Source: Chrysomallon squamiferum | Lineage: Eukaryota; Animalia; Mollusca | DNA: 64,000 nucleotides | NCBI GenBank assembly: GCA_012295275.1 | Contig: CM022673.1 | Coordinates: 2,046,001-2,110,000 of the forward strand | Reading direction: 5' to 3' | Shown: in pieces, positions 27,101 to 40,265 of the stretch | Numbering within the stretch: the stretch's first letter is position 1 | How the letters are laid out: each line of letters starts with the position of its first letter | Position numbers and translations under genes: made by a program | The notes under the pieces: model-generated | Told to the model about the DNA's origin: nothing | The model's input: the letters and a program-made list of their open reading frames with translations, nothing else | The model's database searches: none

Positions 27101-29657
27101 GTGTGTATGTATGTATTTGTGTGTGTATCTGCATATATGTTCACTATCTCGATAATGCGTGCCTTTCACTAAACGAAAAATTCATAATGATGCTGTATCA
27201 TTTAAATAAATAAAATGGTTTCTCTATTAAGTTGTCAAAAGGAAAACAGCTGCCTCTGTACCATTATCTTAACTGATTTGGCTGAAGCGTTAAATAAAAG
27301 AAACAACCTCCAGACATATCACAACGGGGAAGTATTTAAAAAAAAAAAAAAAAAAAAAAAAAACCTAACCAAAAAAAAGGAGGAAAAAAATTTGATTTAA
27401 AAAATAAACAAGTATTCGCCATTATATGCAGTTAAACTATTTTCCTAAAATTTACAGCAAATAAAATGAAAATATTAAAAAAAAAACCCAAAAAAACAAC
27501 AACAACAACATAATACTAAAAGAGGTTATCGATACGACATTCATACCACAAACGAAACAAAGCTAATTGGCTCTTTTAAAAAGCGAAATGCCAAAATCAC
27601 GTTTCAGAGGAGCGACATCCTAGAACTCTGTACGGGAGGAAGAAAACAAAAATAAAATGAGCTAATCAGCGCATTGTTTCTCACGCATCCTGAATGAAGA
27701 AACTGCGCTTGAAATTGTTTCAATGAATGACGTTCCTTCTTCCGCGTTTCCAGATTACGTAACCTTTACGACTCTGCTTTAAACCTCAGCGAAGCAGCCA
27801 GATCCGGAACAATACCAGTATTTCAAGGCGTGTTCGAGAATGTTTCTGAAAAACTGTTTTGACATTTCTATTGAAAATACAAATTGTTAAAGGCTAAAAC
27901 AATAGTGCTTAAGTGCACATCTTCGTGCCACAAAATGTCAATTGGTGTAACGAAGTTAACACAGAGAGGTGATAGTACTGTCTACGTCTGAAGTGCCACA
28001 GCAATTTATCTTATATTTTGACTGGTTTTTTGACGTATTAATCTACAAAATATGTCTGATATACAAAGGATATGTAATATGTATTTAGGAAATACGTTAC
28101 TGGGATGTTAGATAAAAAGAATATTTACTGAACGTTTTGATATAGCGAGGTTCGAATTCATAAAATAGTTTTCTGTTGTGTTCTAGGTGGTAGAAAGGTT
28201 CCTCCTAGCTGTTGATTTAATAAATTTGATCAAACAGTACTATTAAACGAATGGACTGTGGGATCTTAAAGGCTTGCTTCTATAAACATAATTTAGCAGT
28301 AAACTCGAGTTTTGGAATAATGTAGCAATAATTTAGCGTTAATGAGTAATCTAGCATTGGAACAGATTTAGTAAGGCTTTATGAATTCTGGTTTGGGTTT
28401 CTTATTTAATAATTATTCAAAGAGCAATATAACAGAAAGGAAGGTCATTGTGGTGGTGCAAATTTAGACATGATATGTCCTTTATATAAAAATATTATGT
28501 TTTTATGCATAACCTCAAGACAGGTTTTGAAACTTGATAAACGTCACATTAAAAAGAACTTAAACGTCAGTAAACATCGACTACATAGTAAACAACAGAT
28601 TCTGTTCAACAAAAATATATTTAAAAATAGCAAATAATTTGAGGTTTATTATAAAACGCTTAAAAAGTTAGGTTTTTGTACGCTATAAAATGCTGCCCGT
28701 TTAGTACTTACAAAAAAAAAAAAATGTTTAAAGTGGTTTGATACATTGTGTGATACTCGTATGAGATTCAAAACAACGTTTAACACCAACATGTGGCTAA
28801 ATGCAACGTTTCATAATTGCACGCGGTTACTTCTTGTTGTTCACGAAACAAAACAGTTTAATTGTTACAGAAAGTGTGTAACATGTGGAAGTTACTGCGT
28901 CATGATGTTTCCGGAATCAAAACAGTTCAGCTGTTAGAGAAAGTTTATAACAATTGGGATGACACACTGTCATAATGTTTAAAACAGCGATTGTTTGTTA
29001 CAAATGGTTTAAACAGCTTTTGGATGTAACAAGACTTTTAAATATGATTTCATGGGTATATGAAGTTTAAAACAATGCAGTTAATTATGATAAATAAACC
29101 TTTAGCACCAGAAAAACAATCAATCAAAGATCTAAAACCTCTACTCTAATACCAAGGTAACAATAAAAGATAACATATTCGTTTCATCAAATTAGGAAAA
29201 CTATATACATATATTGCAATACGTAAACTCATTCATTCCCATTCTCTACCACGTTGCATTGGTCTAATATTGTTGTCAAATGCCGATACACTCTTTATAT
29301 ACATCGTCATTCATAGCAGCGACTGATCCAAATCACGACCAGAGAGTGATGCCGTTTGGACTCGTTTCTTGTAGTTAAAATAAGCCATTTAATCGACGCG
29401 AGCAGTTAAGAATATCCTAAAAATGTCTACAACAAATCTATCACATGTACGCTCTTGAAAACGTATTAATGACGTACTACGACGAATTATTTTTTAAAAA
29501 GTTGATGAGAAATCAAGTTCGCACATCATCTTAGCCCACCACATCGACGACGTAGTCAACTCATTCGAAGAAACGTTTCTTCTGTGGATGTTACACGTTC
29601 TGCGTTTTACTAAGACAACAGTATCAGTAAAGAAAAATACGAAAAACAGAAATAGTT

Positions 29658-29741
29658 TTACTTCTGTTGTGTTCCGTTTGGGCTGGTCACTGTAACAATG
29701 GGCATCTCGTGCGTTTCAACACCGTTCACAGGCATAAAGAT
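29658..29741 (-). CDS. TMEM150/DRAM-like terminal exon 10 (IFMPVNGVETHEMPIVTVTSPNGTQQK*)
   Basis: Acceptor ttctttttcAG, phase 0, 27 codons then TAA. Confidence 0.7.
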   Translation of the reverse strand: MFMPVNGVETHEMPIVTVTSPNGTQQK

Positions 29742-30235
29742 CTGAAAAAGAATACGTTAATAATATTCAGTTAATGAATGTATAAATAATTTTTTGGTTG
29801 CGAAAGATAAAAAAATAATTCTATTAACTAAAATAATTTATTAGAAAATAAAAGCTAAACCATAAACACATTTGTATTTATTTATTAAATTTATATCTTT
29901 TCGACAAAAATTTTAATAATGAATTTAAAAAGTCCTGTTTTCAAATCTTTCGTGACTCGTTTAACAATGGTCATTGCGCTTTCATCCTAGTACACATCTC
30001 CACCCAAAATTATGACGCACCGATTTTTTTTTTTTATTAATTTTTTTTTTCTAAGCAATAGAATAATGATACAAAATTTTTATCATGTTGTTCCGTCTTT
30101 AATAGGAAGTATTCCTTTTATACAAATCAAATACTTTAACTACATATTCCCAAATCTATTTTAAATATATATCTTATCACAACCCACAAGTTATCGGTGA
30201 ACTTCAGTAAACTTCACTAAAACTTCACTACTCAC

Positions 30236-30394
30236 TACACAGCTGTTATTCTCCGGATCCTGTAGTTTTACTCTTGGTCCGTAAACTCTGATATTTTTGA
30301 AGTCAGGTATAAAGGTTAGCACAAACGTTACTATGGCGATAGCGGTCAGCCATTCTGTTGTAGTCGAGATGAGATAAACAACACGTAGTCTATC
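30236..30394 (-). CDS. TMEM150/DRAM-like exon 9 (DRLRVVYLISTTTEWLTAIAIVTFVLTFIPDFKNI...NNSCV)
   Basis: Acceptor ctttcatttgcAG; EW and TFxxDF motifs of the last TM; donor GTGAGT in phase 0. Reading through the donor would stop at 30191. Confidence 0.88.
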
Positions 30395-30639
30395 CTGCAA
30401 ATGAAAGAAGACTACGTAAACAAATTATGTACAGTAGAGTTAGCTGGAGTGTTACCTGACCATGCGAAGTATTCTTAGACTGACATTAAGAGTGAAAGGA
30501 AAAAATACGAAAACACTGACAAGACAAGACCGAACCAAAATGAAAATCGTTTTAAAGAATCTACAAAATAACTGTTTGTATGACAGCTGTTGGGTCAAAT
30601 ACAAGCGTCAAGTATTAATGGTTATAAAAGGTTAAGCAT

Positions 30640-30790
30640 CCACAGCCTTCCAATGGATTACTCCTACACACAGCCAGCGAAAGGTGTTTTATGTCTCATT
30701 CTGTAGACAGGTCAGCACGTATCATGACCTTGATACACTTGTCGAGGACAGAGGCGAGAACGGGATATAGCGATTAGAATTTATCTTACG
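30640..30790 (-). mobile_element. Degenerate SINE copy of the same family, in an intron
   Basis: cagcgaaaggtgttttatgtctcattctgtagacaggtcagcacgtatcatgaccttgatacac...gaacgggatatagc reads as the reverse complement of the SINE body. Confidence 0.5.
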
Positions 30791-30972
30791 ACCTTTCACT
30801 GGTCTACGGGGGAATTGGTTTAATTGTAAAGTGAGAGATTTGTTCAGATAAGGTTATTTATAAAATAAATCCAGACTGTAATATACATGCATTCTATGAA
30901 CATACGCATGCATACTGTGCAGACGTATGGATAATATAATATATTTCTGTAAATAATGTCATACGAACATAC

Positions 30973-31031
30973 CCATTTCGTTCCATTGCCTTTGATTTCA
31001 TTATACTTGTATATTGATTTTGAGATGCCAA
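30973..31031 (-). CDS. TMEM150/DRAM-like exon 8 (FGISKSIYKYNEIKGNGTKW)
   Basis: Acceptor TTCCTTAAT-aagatacAG, donor TGG|GTATGT; phase 1/0 bridges exons 7 and 9 exactly. Confidence 0.85.
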
Positions 31032-31342
31032 CTGTATCTTATTAAGGAAAAAACAAAATTTCTGTTTGTATCATAAACCTTTATAGTAAATATCTAACAA
31101 ATTCATATTACTTGAAATGTGAAAAATAATAAAAATAAAAATAATAATAATAACAATAATCATAATAATAATAATCATAATAATAACGATAACATTAATA
31201 ATAATAATAATAATAATAACAATAACAATAATAATAATAATAATAATAACAATCATAATAATAATAATAATCATAATCATAATCATAATTATAATCATAA
31301 TAATATGATGATGATGATGATGATGATGACGTTGAAGGATAC
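31032..31342 (-). other. U12-type (minor spliceosome) GT-AG intron
   Basis: 5' site GTATCCTT; branch-point TTCCTTAAT ending 9 nt before the exon; no polypyrimidine tract between branch point and AG. Confidence 0.85.
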
Positions 31343-31520
31343 ATGTGACAAGAAACAGAGTTAACAGCAGACTGTTAACGAGTTGTGAAACGACGACACC
31401 TTTGTTTCTTAACCGCACACGCAGTTTCCACGACAGCGACGTGGCCATCCAGCAGTACGACATCCCAAAACCAAACGCAAACGCAGCGCCAGTGTAATGT
31501 CCGGGCCGCATTTCAACCGT
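31343..31520 (-). CDS. TMEM150/DRAM-like exon 7 (TVEMRPGHYTGAAFAFGFGMSYCW...LFLVT)
   Basis: Acceptor tattgcAG, donor GTATCCTT (U12-type), phase 0/1; HxxGAxxAF motif; core of ORF 31071..31544. Confidence 0.92.
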
Positions 31521-31523
31521 CTG

Positions 31524-31795
31524 CAATAACAATAACAATAACAATAATAATAATTATATAATAATAATAATAACAATAATATTAATAATAATAATCATAA
31601 TAATAACAATAACAATAAATCAACAACAAAGACGACGACAACAACAACACAATGATAATAATAAAACAACAACAACGATAATAATAATAATATAGTAAAA
31701 TAACAACAGTATGATAATAAAACTACAATAACAATAACAACAGCAACATTATTATTATTATTATTATTATTGTTATTATTATTGTTATTATTATA
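31524..31795. repeat. (AAT/AAC)n compound trinucleotide tract abutting the exon 7 acceptor
   Basis: Direct. A second such tract at ~31125-31328 fills most of the U12 intron. Confidence 0.9.
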
Positions 31796-32689
31796 TAAAA
31801 TGAATTAAATAACAAAATAAAACAAAAATGAAATAAGCAGAGAAAACATACGTCTAATAATTTCTGATGTAATAACAGAAAGAAAAAAATATACTGCAGT
31901 TCATAGGATAATACTTTTTTTGTCTTTTTATACTCTAAATGAATATAAATAACCCTATTTAGATAAAAAAAAAAAAAAAAAAAAAAAATGTTATCTATAC
32001 AACCAGTCTAGCCTTAAAAATTTATGACTATTCCATTTAGACGTAAACAAAGTTAACAAATAAAACTGGAAAAAAAAAAAAAGAAAAAAAAAATCTACAG
32101 CAAAGTATATTTAAATTTTGATTATATGTATTTATAAATGCTTTTTCTGTTCTGGAGTGGGGGTTATTAGAAGTGTTTTTAATGTGTTATAATCAACGTC
32201 CTACTTAGAAGTATACTACTATTCGTTGCGTTTTAAAGCAAAATGCTTAAAAACTAATAATAATAATAATAATTAATTAATTAACAAAAAATAAACAAAA
32301 GATACTGCTAGATAGCATATTTCCCAATTAATGATGAAGTCAAACAGACGTTGCTGTTAAATTAATGGGAAAGTTAGTGTATGTTCTGGTGTATGGCGTT
32401 TTATTAAAAATGTCTTTGAAAGTTGTGAGATCACGCAAACAAGAAGAAAGAATGAAAATGGAAGTCTCAGTATATTTTCATAAACTTGTTGTAATTATCA
32501 GTTTAATTGTTTAGTTTTTTTTAAATTTATTTTTGTTTTTACGGTTGTTGTTGTTTGGGGTTTTTTAACAGCAAACAGAGCATGCTTTTGGTTGTATATA
32601 AATATATTCTGTACCTGTATGTGAAAACCATCAAGGTACTCAATATAACGTAAGCAATACTGCATTATGCTGTCAGTAAACCACAGGTG

Positions 32690-32741
32690 TGCATGTATGT
32701 ATGTATGTATGTGTGTATGTATGTATGTATGTATGTATGTA

Positions 32742-32772
<31 letters not shown>

Positions 32773-32955
32773 ATATATGTATGTATGTATGTGTATGTAT
32801 GTATGTATGTGTATGTATGTATGTGTGTATGTATGTATGTGTGTGTATGTATGTATGTATATGTATGTATGTATGTATATGTATGTATGTATGTGTATGT
32901 ATGTATAAGTATGTATGTATGTATGTGTGTGTGTGTGTGTGTATGAATGTATGCA
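32690..32955. repeat. (TATG)n/(TG)n compound microsatellite
   Basis: Direct. Related tracts at ~13560-13800, 42010-42140 and 59580-59790. Confidence 0.9.
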
Positions 32956-33539
32956 TGTTTTGTTGTGTGTGCGTATAGATAGATAGACAGGTAGGTATTA
33001 GTGGTACATATCAAGTGGTTTTCTTCATGTTTCACATTAAAATTTACAGCTAACTCGAAAGCCCAGCGGGGGACACGTGAATGTTCGAATCTTCTCCATG
33101 TAAAACACTAAAAGGTTAATGTGTTACATGAAAAAGCAGATAAAATGAAGTCAAGCGAAACGATAGAGAATCCTTTACCAGATATATATCAGATTCAAAA
33201 TTAATTATACATGCATTATTAGTTTTTACTGCATAATTTCCTGAGTATTTGACGAGAAATCGTGATTTGAGACACACTGGCAGCTTTATAAATACCAAAA
33301 TGCACAACCGTCACATTTTTGGAAAAATTAGGCCGGTTTACATAATTCATTACAGTACATGTTTTATTAAGTGGTATTACAACATAAAATAAAATATGGA
33401 GACGCTTCGTAAAAAACGGTGATAAAACGTGAAGGAAATATGCAGACCTTCAGAAAATATGCAGACCTTCAGAAAATATGCTTTCATTTTAAAAAAAATG
33501 TATTCGGTTCGTTTCTTAATTCCAGAATAAAAAATAAGG

Positions 33540-33576
<37 letters not shown>

Positions 33577-36313
33577 AAAGAAAAAGGAAAAAAAATAAAA
33601 TAAAATAAATAAATAAAAAGATGTAATACACGTAGCTTATTGAAACTTCAAGAACTGAATCCTTTTGTTTGCTCCGCCGTCTGGAATTTTTACAACAGAC
33701 ATGACCCAGCAAACAAACGAGTTCCAGTCTACGAAAAAGGCGCGACAGGTTTGTAGTAGCGCAGACGTGGCATCTTGATTCGTTTGGCGAGAACAATACC
33801 CTACTTGTTCAGCTTCCGAAAAGTTAACAGAGTATTAACAGAAAGGTTAGAAGATCAAGGGTATCGGAACAAAATTTGTGTCAACATGTCTAATCAGCCA
33901 CAGGTAAATTGGTTACCGGGAGACCACAGACGACGGACAAGAAAACTGCTGTTAATATGTTAGACAGGCTAACTTTAACACAGATTTCCGATTTTTTAAA
34001 ATTATGTATTTTACTTTGCTTTATTTTTCTTTACATTCTTTTGTTTTTCTTTTCTTTGCTTTGCTCTGATCTGCTCTGCTCTGTTTTGCTCTATTCTACT
34101 TTTTTAATTTGTTGTTTTGTATTTTATTTTATTTTTATTATTATTTGTGGGTTTTTTTGTTTGTTTGATGGTTTGTTTTTTTTACTTTTATTTTTATTTA
34201 TTTATTTATTCATTTATTTTGAACATCTAATTTAATAAATTTGTAACTATTGCATATATAACCAAACACAATTGAAAATACTCTTAAAGAACAATATTTT
34301 CATGTCATGTTATCTGGAGGTATAATTGTATATGTAGGCATTTTTCTTCTTGTTTTTCCTCTCCCCACCGATGCAGTTTAAAATCTGTTAAAGTGTTTTA
34401 TCGTCTACCATGACAAGTTTATTTAAAATAAGACAAATAACAATTGTTTTTAAGATTAACCTGTGTCTACATCAGTCATCCACAAACTGTATTAAAAAAA
34501 AAGTGTTTTTCACTAATCGAAAACATTCACAATGAAGTGAAATTAAGGTAACTAAAGACACTTCACATTTTAAACAAGTGAAATATTCTGTCACAACTAG
34601 CCATGACAAATTGCTCGAATTTTGTCGTCATTTTGAAATAATTTTAATTTGACATTTGTCAGGTGCCTGCTCAGTTCTCCTTGAAACGTCACTACACAGC
34701 AGCTGCATACACTACTCCACACAGTGCAGTTCAACCGTACTTGAACATGTGACCTCAACTCTTAAAGTATAATCGTAAACTTTAAAACATTTGGGAGACA
34801 CCCTGAAGCCTTGCTTGTAGTTTTCTTCTTTTTTTTTTTCATTTCTCAAATTTATTTTATTTGTACTCTAAATCAAACCCTCATGATGATGTTAACATAT
34901 GAACAACATTTGTAAAACATACGTACGAACAATCGGCATGATGCTGTTTTTATTTAACAATCGGTTGTTTGTTTTCTTCTAACAACACCTGTATTTTACG
35001 GGAAAAGGTGTGTCGTGTTACATAATATGATTGCAAAGAACTAAGAAATGTGTTGTTGGAAGTTGCAAGCTGGAAGCAGTAAGCAAACACGGGAAGGCTG
35101 AAGTTCGTTCCAATTATGAAAACAGACAGAAGAATGGGATGGAATGCACGTGCGGACTTTGTTAAATCGTAATTTAACAAGTTTGGTACTTTAATAATCC
35201 GTGGGATACGGGTTTAAAAAGAATTTAAAAAAATAATGGTAGTGATATACAGCAAAATAAATTTCCTTCTTGAAGATATTAAAACGATTTCAAGATATAA
35301 ACTCAAGGAGCTGTTTAAATATTAATGTAAAATTAATTCTGTTATGAGTTAATTTATTAATTAATTCGTCTAATTGTCCATCCATTTATTTTATGGATTT
35401 ATATTAGTAATTTATTATTTAGAACATTTACGAGGATTTCGCCAAGTTCTGTTCATTTGACTTTCTGTAAATAAAACGGGTGGGGGGAAATATACATTAA
35501 CCTTTCATTTATTGCGGTCTTCTTAAAAATAAAAAAAATGTCGCCGCTGTACATACCAATGTATTATTGTTTATCATCAATTGAAAACATTTCAGTAGTA
35601 ATATCAGTCTGGGGTCTGTCATTATTTAAGAGAAATCCAGACACCTTTCAGCTGGAAATGGTAATATATATGTTCCTTCCCATAGACAGAAAAATACAGA
35701 TAATACCCTTGAAATAAACGAGTCCAGCTGCAGAACCCGGACAAGAAACGAACGCAACAGGTGCAGTGAAACCGACTGATCCCCCCCCCCCCAACCAAAC
35801 AAAAACCTCCAACCGGTGAATTACAACCCGCTCCAAACCAGGATTAATTTCAGTGTCGCTGGAAACTGACTGCTGTTTTCATATTCTCACACAAACGTGT
35901 TTTTTTGTTGTTTTCTTTTCTTTTTTTACTGCACATCTTAAGTTTATTAAACTGAGGAATAACATGTAACAGATCAGGTTGTGTTTTCGAGTCACATGAC
36001 GTTCAGTGCATGTTACAGCGTACGCGGCTGCAGGGGGCAGCAATAAAACGCGCTGAGAGGTTAAAACTGATTTTGTTTTTCTTCATTTGAAACGAAAAGA
36101 ATGTTAATGAAGTGTTTTGTGCGACAAAAATCAGTGTTATGTTTTCATTCTTTTTCTTTTTTAAAAATAAAAAATAAAATAAAAAAGTAAAATTACTACT
36201 ACTGCTACTGCTGCTGCTGCTACTACTATTACTACTACTACTACTACTACTTATAATAATACTAATACTAATACTACTACTACTAATACTACTATTATTA
36301 TTATTATTACCAT

Positions 36314-36346
<33 letters not shown>

Positions 36347-36750
36347 TGTTATTATTAATGTTGTGGTGCTGTTGTTGTTAAGAATATCAAAAATAAATAA
36401 ATAAATAAATAAACACGAACTCAGAAAGATAACCTAAAATATGTGGATGTAGGAGTGTATAAGTGATATACGAGTGTACGAGTGTTTATGCGTGCTTAGT
36501 TAAACATTTATGAATATGCAGAAAATGTCGTCATGTTATTTTGCATTTCCCAACAATAAACAAAATAATTAAATTATAAAAATAAAAAAAAATCTTTAAA
36601 AAATCTTCATAAGTCAACGACATTTTTGACTGCCAAGGACAAGAGAAAACACTGAACAGAGGATAAACTGTACAACTCGAATCCTGTTAAAGCTGTATTT
36701 CAGTAAATCAAACGTGATTATTCTCGAGTTAACCTGAAAGGACTTCTTAC

Positions 36751-36899
36751 CTGAAAATTGGCCACCATGCTCAGCCCCAGCGCAGACAAACACCCAACAA
36801 ACAGACTGGCTAGGTTGATGCGGCCATCTTTCTTTGAGCCGCTGATCACTTTGAAAATTTCCTTTATCTGTAGATACCTGATGACCACGTTGCAGCCCA
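36751..36899 (-). CDS. TMEM150/DRAM-like exon 6 (LGCNVVIRYLQI...GLSMVANFQ)
   Basis: Acceptor tacttgcAG, donor CAG|GTAAGA, phase 1/0; RYxQ and VANFQ motifs; matches ORF 36718..36900. Confidence 0.93.
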
Positions 36900-37599
36900 C
36901 TGCAAGTACAATGAAAAACGTGAAATGATTGCATGCGTAACTTTGAAAATTGTCTTTATCTTTAGTTTATTATGTGATGTCTAACTGAAGTTCTCGTCGA
37001 TTACGTCAGTTTCCGGTGATGATGATGTCGATGATGATGATAATAATAATAATAATATCAACAATAATAGCTGTAACTACAGAAGTAACAATAACAAAGA
37101 TACAATAATAATAATAATAATAGTAATAATGAAAATGATAATGGTAAATCGTTACCATTAAGATACACTACGTATATACTCTGTATATATATATATATAG
37201 TGTATCTTCATAATGTAAGCATCTGTTCACACTCACACAAGTATACAGGCGATACCTCGTTTCTAGGTTTCCGCCGTACTACAGCGAGTACCACAGATTC
37301 TTTTAAAGTGAAGCCAGACATTCGTGGTCATTAAATGAATTCTTTTAGGCAGTATACGCTCGTTCTGCTTCGTAACGACGTGTGTCTGTGTACGTGTTTG
37401 TGTTTCTACACACATTCTGGTGAAAGATTCACTGCCACACTCGTGTCAGAAACCGGTTATTACAGTGAAGAATTCTGCCGATGATAAAACTACATGTGTC
37501 AGCTCGTGTTTTACGTCCACATTCCTAACAACTGACCAACTTAAACCAATAATTTTCTGGAACTGTGTTGTATTAGTTATAATGTTTGGTCAAGCGACT

Positions 37600-37775
37600 G
37601 CTAGTCAATATCCCGATCCAGCCAGAGCCTCAATAACAGTTTGACATCTGTCGTTGTGCGTCTTTTTTCTTCTGTGTGGATTGTGATTGTAAAATATCCA
37701 TTTCTGCTAATCAAAAAAAAAAAAAAAAAAAAGTAGCACATCTAGTTGTAGCGAGCGGGTTTCCTTTCTCTTTGA
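37600..37775 (+). mobile_element. Degenerate SINE copy of the same family
   Basis: cccgatccagccag...aaaatatccatttctgctaatc(A)n gtagcacat...gtagcgagcgggtttcctttctc; motif shared with 48820-48885. Confidence 0.55.
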
Positions 37776-39371
37776 TAAAACTGTTCGGTCTGCATCCTGA
37801 ACTTTGGCATCGGGAGAAAATCGTGACGGGAACAATACTTGAAATAAAAGGTTGCTATTTTCTTTTTTTTAATGGTGAACATATAAAGAAACACAGAAAG
37901 AATCATCTGTTGCTTTTTTTATTTTACGTTCTTTCCTTTCACTTATCTTACATTATAAAAATAAAAATAAAAATAAAAATAAAAATTTCTGAAAGCTACA
38001 ATTTCATGAATGCATAAGAATGGAAAGCGGAAGTCTCAAGAATAATCTTAACACTTGTTAAATTGCTCTTACACCTTTATTTTAACAACAGTCTAGTACC
38101 TGCTAAATCAATTACTGCATTCAGGTTGTTTATAAATGCAATAAAAAATGTACTTTTAACTTCAACTACTTCAGAAATCTGTTAAATGTTTAGCAAATCG
38201 CGAATATATCTCGTAAAAAGCCAATATGGAGTGTCATTCTCATCATGAAGTTCGTGGAACATTATTCTTTTTTCATTTTCTTTTTTTTTTTTTTTTTTTT
38301 CTTTTTTGTCGTTTTCTTCTTCATCTTTCTTTTTTAATCACTCTTCATTTGGAAATGATGTTAACGTTATCAGCTACGGGACTAATTTCGACGCAGAGGA
38401 AACCCCCACCAGACAGCGATCAAACGACGTATGTAGGTTACTATTCTGTTCCCAGATAACCGCGGTATCTGTGTCAGTTCTCTGTAAACACGATGCGGTG
38501 CCGTGTTAAAACGTGGTATTTGGAACACAGAAGCGACAGGACAAGATATTTATTGCTGAGAATAGATTAATTTTTTCTTTCCCGAGTGTTCACACTGAAC
38601 GTCGCTAGACGCGTGGCGGCTTGGCATTCATCGCGAAAACAAGAGAACGCGATAACAGCTAGATCTGAAATCAGGTCACGAGTGTCTGAACTCGCAATGA
38701 TCGAATCCCGCGTACATGTCCCCCCCCTTCCAAGTCTTTTTTTTTAATTTATTTATTTTTTTTTTTTGCCGTCAGTTTCAACTATTTATTTTATTTTTGA
38801 TTTAAAGTTATATTTCGTTTCGAAAGATTATATCATCAAAAATGGCTTCCCCCCTTTTTTTTCGTTCTGAAAAGCTAGTTTCGCCCTGTAATGTGATATC
38901 TGTGTAATAGTAAAGCTTTTAAAGCCAGATATACAAAAGGTAATATTACAAATGTGTTAATGTTAAGATTTTATTTGTAAAATACCGTAAAATGCGAAAC
39001 TAGTGAAATAAATGTGTTGAAAATAGAATCTGCTCAGGGACGTATAATGATTTAATTTCATGCACATCATTAAAGCTTATCTGTAAAGTTTATATTTTTA
39101 CTTTTTATATGTCCTATCTATTTAGAGCATATAGCTACAGATTTACAAAGCGCAGTCTGTTATATATTTGTATATTCAGACATGTTACATCAAACTGCAA
39201 ATATTAGCTATAATTTATTTCACTATGTATCTAGAACAATAAATCACTAATACAGCTGTAATAACAACTATAAAATCGCACTGTCAGTATTCTAAATAAC
39301 TGACTTGTTTTCAAGTTAACACGACAGTGACATCAGTACCTGCGAATATTAGAAGACATAATTCTACTCAC

Positions 39372-39439
39372 GCATAAAGGCGCCCATGTTGACAAACTGA
39401 GCGAAAAAACATCTTTCTGGTGCCTTGATTGCTGTGTAG
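39372..39439 (-). CDS. TMEM150/DRAM-like exon 5 (YTAIKAPERCFFAQFVNMGAFM)
   Basis: Acceptor ttgtcttgcAG, donor GTGAGT, phase 2/1; family motif PExCxFxxxxNMGAFM. Confidence 0.92.
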
Positions 39440-39849
39440 CTGCAAGACAAACTGTTTGAAATAAACATACGTCTACCAGCGCACACCGACACATAAGAAA
39501 CAACAATAGTAATTAGGGATGATAGATTTTATCCATGCAGTTAAAATTCAAGAGAAGACTGTACGGCAATGAAGCAAGGAAATTTTGGTTCATTTGTACA
39601 AACAAAAGAAAAGCTTCTGTTTGGAAGAAGTTGATTATTATTTGAGTAAATTATGTTACTTGTAAATAATGTTAACAAAACATAAACAAAAAAATCAGTA
39701 CTTCTACTATTATTACTGTTTAAGTACTGTTTCATGACATCAAAATATATAAAAATTTCTTTAATTTTTTGATCAATTACTACACTGGGTTTTACCATAT
39801 TAATTACTACTCTAGTTGTATCAGTCATTCCTTTTTCCATTTCAGTTTT

Positions 39850-40265
39850 ACAGCTACTGTTGCTCTACGTACTACCTGTCAAATCTGTCCCTCAGTTCAC
39901 CTGCTATTACTACTGCTACTACGGCTTCATACATGAATTATTACTACTGCTGCTACGTATCCACATGCTGTTACTACTACTACTACTACTACAGATTCAC
40001 GTATTATTACTACTACTACAAATTCACGTATCATTATTACTACTACTACTACTACATGCTGTTACTACTACTACTACTACATGCTGTTACTACTACTACT
40101 GCAAATCCACGTTATTACTAGTACTTCAACAGATTCACATGCAATTACTTCTGCTACTACAACTTCATGTACTAGTACTACTGCTGTTACAACTTCACAT
40201 ACTATCATTACGCTAACATTGCTTCACACAGTTTTAATATTCCTACTCCAGCTTCACATATAATA
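39850..40265. repeat. Compound (TAC)n / ttcacatgctgttac minisatellite
   Basis: Repeated ttcacat/ttcacgt units separated by TAC runs; source of the poly-Y/L/T ORFs. Confidence 0.75.

Noticed and set aside
28645-28650. Minus-strand AATAAA as the TMEM150-like poly(A) signal
   Set aside because: Plausible, but such hexamers are frequent in this AT-rich DNA and it cannot be supported without 3'-end data.
33045-33105. tRNA-like B box (gttcgaatc)
   Set aside because: No cloverleaf or acceptor stem can be formed; at most a SINE-head relic.
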